Assembly (NCBI GenBank): GCA_963844495.1 | Contig: CAWJOT010000001.1 | Coordinates: 29,767 to 93,766, forward strand | DNA length: 64,000 nt | Reading direction: 5' to 3' | From: an uncultured Pseudomonadota bacterium | GTDB lineage: Bacteria > Pseudomonadota > Gammaproteobacteria > Burkholderiales > Burkholderiaceae_C | In this document: positions 62,808-64,000 of the stretch, piece after piece | Position numbering within the stretch: position 1 is the stretch's first letter | Layout of the letters: each line of letters opens with the position of its first letter | Notes under the pieces: generated by a model | What the model saw: only the letters and a program-made list of their open reading frames with translations | Databases searched by the model: none | Told to the model about the DNA's origin: nothing | Position numbers and translations under genes: made by a program

Positions 62808-63890
62808 CTACAGCTTTTGCGCCTGCATGAAAGCGTCGAACCGCATTTCGGTGAAACGGAACCAAAGGTTCTGCTGACGGCGGAAGACTGCGAGGTCATC
62901 GTAGACCTTCTTCCACCTCGGGTTGGAAGCGCGAAGTTCCTCGTACAAAGCCATCGCCTCCTTGAACGCGAGATCCATCACGTCGTTCGGGAACGGCAAC
63001 ACCTTGGTGCCCGAGCCGACCAACTCCATCAATGCCTTGGGATTCTTGGCGTCGTATTTCGCCTGCATGTCCACATGGGAGTGGCTACAGGCAGTAGCCA
63101 GGATGGCCTTGTATTCCGGCGACAACGCGGCATAGGCCTTGTCATTGACATACAGGTCAAGCTGCGGGCCACCTTCCCACCAGCCCGGGTAGTAATAGTA
63201 GGGCGCAACCTTGTTGAAGCCAAGCTTCTGGTCATCATAGGGTCCGATCCACTCGGCAGCGTCGATCGTGCCTTTCTCAAGCGCCTGGTAGATCTCGCCG
63301 CCAGGGATACTCGTCGGAACGCCACCCATACGTGCGATTACCTTGCCGCCAAAGCCGCCGACACGGAATTTCAGGCCCTTGATGTCGGCCACGCTCTTGA
63401 TTTCCTTGCGATACCAGCCACCCATCTGCGCGCCCGTGTTACCTGCCGGGAAGTTGATGATGTTGTACGCTTTGTAAAACTCACGCATCAACTTCAGGCC
63501 ATTGCCTTCGTACATCCAGGCCGTCATCTGGCGGCTGTTCAGGCTGAATGGCACCGCGCAACCCAGACCAAAGGTCTCGTCCTTGCCGAAGTAGTAGTAC
63601 GGTGCAGTATGGCCGCACTCGACCGTGCCGTTTTGCACACCATCGACGATTCCAAGCGCGGGCATCAGTTCACCGCCAGCGTGCGTGGAAATCACGAACT
63701 TGCCGCCCGTCATATCGCTGACGGACTTGGCGATCACCTCGGCGGCACCAAAAATTGTATCAAGCGATTTGGGAAAGCTCGAAGCCATGCGCCAGCGCAC
63801 ATTGGTGCCCTGCGCATGCACTGCGGGGGCCGCACCTGCGGCCAGTACGCCGGCAATGCCAGCATTTTTAATTACGGAACGACGATCCAT
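62808..63890 (-). CDS. TRAP substrate-binding protein (DctP, TakP-like) with Tat-type signal
   Basis: MDRRSVIK, WRMASSFPKSL, GNTGAQMGGW, EWIGPYDD, PGWWEGG. Confidence 0.93.
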   Translation of the reverse strand: MDRRSVIKNAGIAGVLAAGAAPAVHAQGTNVRWRMASSFPKSLDTIFGAAEVIAKSVSDMTGGKFVISTHAGGELMPALGIVDGVQNGTVECGHTAPYYYFGKDETFGLGCAVPFSLNSRQMTAWMYEGNGLKLMREFYKAYNIINFPAGNTGAQMGGWYRKEIKSVADIKGLKFRVGGFGGKVIARMGGVPTSIPGGEIYQALEKGTIDAAEWIGPYDDQKLGFNKVAPYYYYPGWWEGGPQLDLYVNDKAYAALSPEYKAILATACSHSHVDMQAKYDAKNPKALMELVGSGTKVLPFPNDVMDLAFKEAMALYEELRASNPRWKKVYDDLAVFRRQQNLWFRFTEMRFDAFMQAQKL

Positions 63891-64000
63891 AGGGTCTACT
63901 CCTGGAGTTGTTGGTTGAAGATCCCGCCACGCAACTTGCCGTGGCGACGACTCATTACAGTCACCGACCATTGTAAAACGATGTACCCCCAGTGAAAACC

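Noticed and set aside
63064-63078. GCTAC-N5-GTAGC palindrome in dctP
   Set aside because: Wrong spacer length and no flanking similarity to the family.
62793-63995. 400-aa + strand ORF
   Set aside because: Antisense shadow of the TRAP dctP gene; no recognisable motifs; expected from GC-rich codon bias.

Overview
A GC-rich betaproteobacterial chromosome segment; gene content and protein style suggest Comamonadaceae (Rhodoferax-like), which is an inference. It is almost entirely housekeeping and metabolic: thyA-eamA-folA, xth, glnA-ntrBC, rsuA, a BMP-type nucleoside ABC transporter, the bkd branched-chain 2-oxoacid dehydrogenase operon, a Crp/Fnr regulator with a diguanylate cyclase, tartrate dehydrogenase/Bug/glycerate kinase, livHMGF, an MdeB/AceE-type E1, rarA, tRNA-Val(GAC), dnaG-rpoD, a MesD-like methionine synthase, aapJQMP, ettA, rhlE, rmuC and a TRAP system. 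I see no transposase, integrase, prophage or CRISPR array. The most unusual signal is a dispersed ~64-bp fixed-spacing motif (YGCTAY-[AT-rich 7]-RTAGC-N6-YGC-N6-GACGGGCG-N9-RATTT). I found 9 copies by eye (8 clear, 1 weaker). They align without gaps, occur in both orientations, and 7 of 9 lie inside intact protein-coding genes, some in apparently conserved segments written with rare codons. Other notable items: an 80-bp dual-coding overlap (RhlE Gly/Arg tail = Rossmann motif of the next gene), an RPE-like palindromic element, a frameshifted cinA-like gene, sigma54, FNR-type and LiuR-type sites, and AT-hook-like motifs on RpoD. All family assignments come from motif recognition, not database searches.
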